Assembly: GCA_031378375.1 (NCBI GenBank) | Contig: JANNEF010000386.1 | Span: forward strand, 1,332 to 65,331 | Direction: 5' to 3' | Source of the DNA: Verrucomicrobiota bacterium | GTDB taxonomy: Bacteria > Verrucomicrobiota > Verrucomicrobiia > Limisphaerales > JANNEF01 | DNA: 64,000 bases | Shown here: piece after piece, positions 59,135 to 64,000 of the stretch | How the letters are laid out: the number at the start of each line of letters is the position of its first letter | Position numbering within the stretch: position 1 is the first letter of the stretch | Program-made: the position numbers and the translations under genes | Notes under the pieces: model-generated | Told to the model about the DNA's origin: nothing | The model's database searches: none | The model's input: only the letters and a program-made list of their open reading frames with translations

Positions 59135-59240
59135 ACGGCGCGCGGGCCTCCGGCCCGCTTACAGCAGCCAACCGCAACGGGTGGTCGCCGGCCCCTCGGT
59201 TCGTCGTCTGCGCAAAGCGGGCCGGAGGCCCGCGCGCCGT
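59135..59240. repeat. REPIN-like perfect 26-bp inverted repeat
   Basis: ACGGCGCGCGGGCCTCCGGCCCGCTT (59135-59160) and its exact reverse complement (59215-59240). Confidence 0.85.
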
Positions 59241-59323
59241 TTGAGTTACGACTGTGTGAAAACCGATTTGCGATTTCCAAATTTCTCCGTAGGCTTTTCC
59301 CGTCCTGAGCGGACCCAAAAGAC

Positions 59324-60211
59324 ATGTCGAAGAACAAAAATAAGCGCGACGCCCGTCCCGGCTCACCGCCGCCATCGCCGCCACCGCCGGGCGCGTCTCG
59401 TCACGTTGGTTGGTGGATCGCGGCGGGTGTTTTCCTCGTTGTCATGGCCGGCGTGGCGATGAAGGTGTTGAACGGCGGGGCAAAAAACGTCTCCAGCATC
59501 GAGACCAGACAAGCCCCGGCGGGCACCACTGGTTCCACTGTCCCCACGACGTCAGCCGGCGTGCCGCCCGCGGTCGCCAAAACCAACGAACCCGCCCCGC
59601 CCGCTACGATGGAAGTCGCCACCGCCGTCATGGTCACGGTGGACCTGGACTTCGGCGTCAAGATGCCATCCATCGCCGAGGCGGTGCGCGAGATCGAGCG
59701 CCGCCACCAGCCCGACGACGGCGCGGGCCGCACGTTCGCCATCCTCGACGCTTACGGCGAGCCGACGCCCGACGGCAAGAAGCTGCACATCTCAATGCAT
59801 GTGAGCGCGGAGAAGCCCGGCATGGCATCGCTGGTTTTCAAGCGCACCGGCGAAGTGTTGTGGGCCAGCCACATCGTGAACGGCACCAACAAGCACGCGG
59901 GCGAATTCACCGGCAAGAATCTTTTGATCTATCTGGAAAGCGGCACCGGCAAACTGTGGACCGTGGACGGCTCGTCCGGCCCCGCGTCCATCCTCGACGC
60001 GAATGTGAAGGAGTTGGGCACGTCCATCGCGGACAACTGGCCGGACGGCACGGAACGGGAGTTCACGTTCATGTACAGCGCCTGCGGTTGTCCGGTGAAG
60101 GCCATGGTCCGGCGCGAAGGCGACCGCACCGTGCGCACCAAGGAACTCCCGGTGATCTTCCCGGACGACCCGGCGGTGGTCACGGTCATCACGCGACTGA
60201 TGCGGTGGTGA
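59324..60211 (+). CDS. Hypothetical membrane-anchored protein
   Basis: Single TM, P/T linker, globular domain with CGC; host-like codon usage. Confidence 0.7.
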   Translation: MSKNKNKRDARPGSPPPSPPPPGASRHVGWWIAAGVFLVVMAGVAMKVLNGGAKNVSSIETRQAPAGTTGSTVPTTSAGVPPAVAKTNEPAPPATMEVATAVMVTVDLDFGVKMPSIAEAVREIERRHQPDDGAGRTFAILDAYGEPTPDGKKLHISMHVSAEKPGMASLVFKRTGEVLWASHIVNGTNKHAGEFTGKNLLIYLESGTGKLWTVDGSSGPASILDANVKELGTSIADNWPDGTEREFTFMYSACGCPVKAMVRREGDRTVRTKELPVIFPDDPAVVTVITRLMRW

Positions 60212-60230
60212 ACGGCGCCGCCGGGGCGGC

Positions 60231-60335
60231 GAAGCTCAAAGCTCAAGAAAAGATCAAAGTCACAAGCCGCCCCAATCCATGTCCGGCAATGAGCGTTCAC
60301 TTGGAGTTGGGAGCTTCTCTTGAGCTTTGAGCTTC
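60231..60335. repeat. Palindromic heptamer-arm element
   Basis: GAAGCTCAAAGCTCAAGA ... TCTTGAGCTTTGAGCTTC. Confidence 0.85.
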
Positions 60336-60387
60336 CCCCTCCAGTTTCACGCTTGACGCCGATCCGCTTTGCCGTTGAATTCGCGGC

Positions 60388-61647
60388 ATGAATTTTCCCC
60401 GTGCATGGTTGGTGTTGCTTTGCCTCAACAGCGTTTCCCTGACCGCCGCCGACTGGCCGCAGTGGCGCGGCCCGGAGCGCACGGGTCATGTGCCTGCTGG
60501 GGTAGCAGTGCCAAAGACGCTGCCAGGTGAACCGAAGGTGATCTGGCGCATCAAAATCGGCGAGGGGCTCGCCTCACCCGTGGTCGCTGGCGGTAAGGTG
60601 TTTTTCCTCGATAACACCGGCGGCAAGGAGACGACCCACGCCGCCGAGGCCGCGACCGGCAAGCTCCTCTGGAGCATGCCACTCGACGAGCCGTTCAAGG
60701 ATTCGCAAGGCCCCGTCGGCCCGCGCTGCACGCCGCTCGTGGACGGCGGGCGCGTCTATGCGCAATCGTGTCGCGGCGAGTTGCAATGCCTCGCCACGGC
60801 GGACGGCAAACTGATCTGGCGCGCGAATTTCGTAAAAGATTTTGGCGCGACGTTCACTGGTGAGAAGGGCCAGGCCGCCGGGGCTTCGCGGCACGGGAAC
60901 AATGGCTCGCCGGTCGTTGACGGCAATCATCTCATCGTCCTGGTGGGCGGTACTAATGGCGCGGGCGTGGTTTGTTTCGACAAGACCAACGGGAAGGTGA
61001 TTTGGAAATCGCTGGACGACACCGCCGCCTACGCGCCGCCGATTGTCGCGACGCTCGCCGGCATGAAACAGATCGTTGTGTTCATGGTGGGTAGCCTGAG
61101 CGGCCTGGATGCACGGGATGGAAAACCGCTCTGGAGCGTGCCGTTCAAGACGAGCTTCGCGCGGCACGTCACGACGCCCGTGGTGGTGGCGGACCAGGTC
61201 TTCATCGCGTCGCACCAATTCGGGTTGGTCGCCACGAAGATTTTGCGCGACGCCGGTGCGTGGCGGGCCAGCACGATGTGGACGAACAAGGCGGCGGCGT
61301 TCAACTTCGCCAGTCCTGTCGCCGTGGGGCGGCATCTTTATGGCGTGGGCGCGGCGAAAGATCTGGTCTGTGTGGATGTCACCACGGGCACGCTGGCATG
61401 GGCGAAGACGGGTTACTTCACCTCCGGTGCGGACAAGGCCTATGCGGGCTTCGTGGTGATGGCAGAAAATCTTCTCGCGTTGACCGACAGCGGGCAACTC
61501 CTGCTGGTGGCGGCGGACCCGCAGGAGTGCCGCGAGTTGGGCCGGGCGCAGGTGTGCGGCTTCAACTGGTGCAACCCCGCCTACGCTGACGGCAAACTGT
61601 TTGTGCGCGACGCCCGGGAATTGTTGTGCGTCGAACTTCGGCCCTGA
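60388..61647 (+). CDS. PQQ-binding-like beta-propeller repeat protein
   Basis: Signal, DWPQWRGP, repeated GK..W blades. Confidence 0.9.
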   Translation: MNFPRAWLVLLCLNSVSLTAADWPQWRGPERTGHVPAGVAVPKTLPGEPKVIWRIKIGEGLASPVVAGGKVFFLDNTGGKETTHAAEAATGKLLWSMPLDEPFKDSQGPVGPRCTPLVDGGRVYAQSCRGELQCLATADGKLIWRANFVKDFGATFTGEKGQAAGASRHGNNGSPVVDGNHLIVLVGGTNGAGVVCFDKTNGKVIWKSLDDTAAYAPPIVATLAGMKQIVVFMVGSLSGLDARDGKPLWSVPFKTSFARHVTTPVVVADQVFIASHQFGLVATKILRDAGAWRASTMWTNKAAAFNFASPVAVGRHLYGVGAAKDLVCVDVTTGTLAWAKTGYFTSGADKAYAGFVVMAENLLALTDSGQLLLVAADPQECRELGRAQVCGFNWCNPAYADGKLFVRDARELLCVELRP

Positions 61648-61651
61648 CGGG

Positions 61652-62155
61652 TCAGGCGGTTTGGGGAGCCTCCAGGTCCAGGCAATCAATGATGGACTTC
61701 AAGTGCAGGAGATACATCCCGACGTTCTCGTCCGCCATTTCAGGCTCCTCGGCGTGGTCAGCCATGAGCGCCTCCAGCACGGCCCCGAACAGGGGCATCT
61801 GATTGTAGGTCGCCATGAGGTTGCCCAGTCCCTCCAGGTAACCCATTTCCGAACCGCCTTCCAGGTCCTCGAGGAATTTGGCGTTGGCCGCCTCGGCGGT
61901 TTCCAGTTGCGCGCCGGTGATCTGCGGTGGCCGGCGCCGGCCCGCCGACATGATTTCGTAAATCATCAGCGTGAGAAACAGCAGCGTGCCGCGCTCGGTC
62001 TCGTCCACCAGGGTCTCCTCGACGGCGAGCATGTAGGCGACGATGAATGGCTGCTGCTTGCCCATGCGGTCGAAGCGGGCCTTGGTGTCCTCGGGCGCGG
62101 CTCCGTTGATGCGCTGCCAGGTTTTGTTGATGGCCGCTTCGGAAATGGTGTTCAT
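61652..62155 (-). CDS. Hypothetical acidic helical protein
   Basis: ATGA overlap with the MntR-like gene; host-like codons. Confidence 0.7.
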   Translation of the reverse strand: MNTISEAAINKTWQRINGAAPEDTKARFDRMGKQQPFIVAYMLAVEETLVDETERGTLLFLTLMIYEIMSAGRRRPPQITGAQLETAEAANAKFLEDLEGGSEMGYLEGLGNLMATYNQMPLFGAVLEALMADHAEEPEMADENVGMYLLHLKSIIDCLDLEAPQTA

Positions 62156-62586
62156 GGCGTGTGCCGCTGGCGTGATTTGAGGAACCGCTGCAAGGTCGCC
62201 GGATGCTTTTCAAAAAACGCCGCCAGGTCGGCCAGCACCTCGACGGTGGCGGGGCTGAGATGATGTTCGATGCCTTCGATGTCGTGCTGTTGCGTCCGGG
62301 CATCGAGGCCGAAGAGGGAGAAGAAGCGCGAGAGGGTTTCGTGTCGTTGCTGGATGCCGGCGGCCACGGAGCGGCCTTTGTCGGTAAGCACCAGGCCGCG
62401 ATACTTGGTGTAGTTGAGGTAACCGAGTTCACCGAGCTTTTGCACCATGCTGGTGACAGAGGCTTGTTTCACATCCAGCGAGGAGGCGATGTCCACCACG
62501 CGGGCGTAACCCTTCTCTTCGATTAACTCGTGGATGCGTTCCAGGTAATCTTCGGCGCTCTGGCTGGGTGGCGGCTGCGGCGGCAT
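62152..62586 (-). CDS. mntR: MntR/DtxR family metal-dependent regulator
   Basis: EDYLERI, ARVVDIA, SVTSMVQKL, RHE.L, EGIEHH. Confidence 0.85.
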   Translation of the reverse strand: MPPQPPPSQSAEDYLERIHELIEEKGYARVVDIASSLDVKQASVTSMVQKLGELGYLNYTKYRGLVLTDKGRSVAAGIQQRHETLSRFFSLFGLDARTQQHDIEGIEHHLSPATVEVLADLAAFFEKHPATLQRFLKSRQRHTP

Positions 62587-62639
62587 GGGTGCCAATTTAG
62601 TCTGCGCCAGCGCGGGCTGGCAAGCGCAAGGGACAGCGC

Positions 62640-63419
62640 TCATCCAAATAACTTGGCCAGATTGAAATTCGCGATGAGTTGCACCCCGGTCAGGAACGTC
62701 AGCGTGTAGACCAGCCGCAGAAACCAGCGCTCCGAAAACTTCCGGTTCAGCCACACGCCGGTCCACACGCCCAGCGGAATCAACGGCAGGTAATACAACC
62801 CCGTCAACAGCGTCCCGCCCGTGATGATGCCGTTGGCGAGGAAGAACGGCAGCTTGATCCAGTTGATCCAGGTGAACACCAGCACGGTCGTCCCGACATA
62901 AAGCTCCTTGGGCATCCGCTGCGGGATGAGGAACAGGCTCACCACTGGTCCCGCCCCGTGCGCGAAGGTCGAGGTGATGCCCGCCCCGAGGCCGCACGGC
63001 ACGCCGACGGCGTGGCTGGGCGCGAACGCTCCCTCCGCCGCGAAGATTTTTTCCTTCACCAGTTGGAAGACGACGAACGCCACCGCCATCCCGCCGATGG
63101 CGACGTTGAGTTCGCGCGCGGAGAATTTCCCGATGAGTTGCACGCCGATGACCACGCCGACCACGACGCCCGGCAGGAGGAACTTCAGATTCTTCCGCTC
63201 CCATTTGCCCCAGTAGTGGTAGAGCGAGAAGGCGTCGCCGGCGCAGAGCAACGGGAGCAGCGTGCCGATGGCGAACGTCGGGCTTTGACCACCGGCGCTG
63301 AAGGCGAGCACACACAAAGGCGTGGTGAGCATCCCCAGGCCGCCGCCGAAGCCGGCCTTCGAGAGGCCGATGAACAGCACCCCGAGGGCGGCGAGCATGA
63401 TGGGGGTCGGTTCCGGCAC
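62640..63419 (-). CDS. TauE/SafE family permease
   Basis: GLSKAGFGGG, LPLLCAGD, AHGAGP, NWIKLP. Confidence 0.9.
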   Translation of the reverse strand: MPEPTPIMLAALGVLFIGLSKAGFGGGLGMLTTPLCVLAFSAGGQSPTFAIGTLLPLLCAGDAFSLYHYWGKWERKNLKFLLPGVVVGVVIGVQLIGKFSARELNVAIGGMAVAFVVFQLVKEKIFAAEGAFAPSHAVGVPCGLGAGITSTFAHGAGPVVSLFLIPQRMPKELYVGTTVLVFTWINWIKLPFFLANGIITGGTLLTGLYYLPLIPLGVWTGVWLNRKFSERWFLRLVYTLTFLTGVQLIANFNLAKLFG

Positions 63420-63635
63420 GACGTTCGTTTAGGTGCGGACCAAGTGAATGTCCAGCGCGGACTGGCGACGCCAAACGAGCGCCCGCCGACGAATGCGTCC
63501 GCCACAAGTTGCCCGCGCCCCGGCCCGCGCATTGCAGTTTCTTCCCGGTGGAACGCGTGCCAGGCCGGCGATGCGGCAAGGAATGCATCGGGGGGATTCT
63601 CCCAAGGTGGTCTGCGCGCCAGTCAGCCGCCAGCC

Positions 63636-63649
63636 TTGATGCACGTCAA
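63636..63649. promoter_or_regulatory. FNR/CRP-family-like box
   Basis: TTGAT-GCAC-GTCAA, one mismatch to TTGAT-N4-ATCAA, in a divergent intergenic region. Confidence 0.4.
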
Positions 63650-63733
63650 TGCCCCGTACTCCCGGGCGGGTTAGCATCCACCAAGAAATGTGCAGCCAAT
63701 CACGGGAAATCCGCTAAATTACCTCCGCGCAAA

Positions 63734-64000
63734 ATGACCAATCTCAAGCACCAGAACACTGCGGCCCGGGCCGCGCAGCGGGCGGTCTTGCTCGCCGTGC
63801 TGCTGGGATTGAGTCTGGCCTCGCGTGCCCTGGCGGATTTTCAAGGGGCCACGCACCTGATGCCTTTCGACGAGGACACGATTAATTACAACAAAACCCC
63901 GGCGACCGATCCCATCGCCCGCCTCCAACAGCGCCTCGACAAGGGCGAAGCGAAACTCGCCTTCGACGATGACCTCGGCTACCTGCCCGCCGTGCTCGAC
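63734..64000 (+). CDS. Exported hypothetical protein (partial, runs off the window)
   Basis: MTNLKHQ...signal...INYNKTPATDPIARLQQRLDKG...GYLPAVLD; no stop before the window end. Confidence 0.7.
   Translation, partial: MTNLKHQNTAARAAQRAVLLAVLLGLSLASRALADFQGATHLMPFDEDTINYNKTPATDPIARLQQRLDKGEAKLAFDDDLGYLPAVLD

Noticed and set aside
62152-63588. 478-aa MntR ORF
   Set aside because: The extension overlaps the TauE gene out of frame; the real start is near 62586

Overview
GC-rich bacterial chromosome segment. Gene content and style (PQQ-like beta-propellers, FmdB Zn-ribbons, a Verrucomicrobia-type C-terminal domain, many apparently leaderless promoters) suggest Verrucomicrobiota; this is an inference. 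The backbone is housekeeping: yajQ, tadA, two PilT-family ATPases, lspA-rluD, nth, a KamA-family radical SAM, rph, prmA, DksA-like-rpmG-rpsR, prmC-murA, lgt-miaA, fabD and an MntR-like regulator. Small accessory inserts interrupt it. Four type II toxin-antitoxin pairs and one orphan antitoxin each carry a compact promoter fused to the ATG. Two highly similar ~360-bp XRE-regulator/palindromic-operator/promoter modules drive unrelated cargo genes. Two paralogous helical+FN3 genes are present, one preceded by a sigma54-type promoter and a 19 x 21-bp degenerate fold-back repeat tract. There is also an asparagine-synthetase-like plus RaSEA-like radical SAM pair, and several palindromic repeat families, two of them inserted in-frame in enzymes. 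No rRNA, tRNA, CRISPR array, integrase or transposase was recognised. All family calls come from motifs read by eye, not from database searches.
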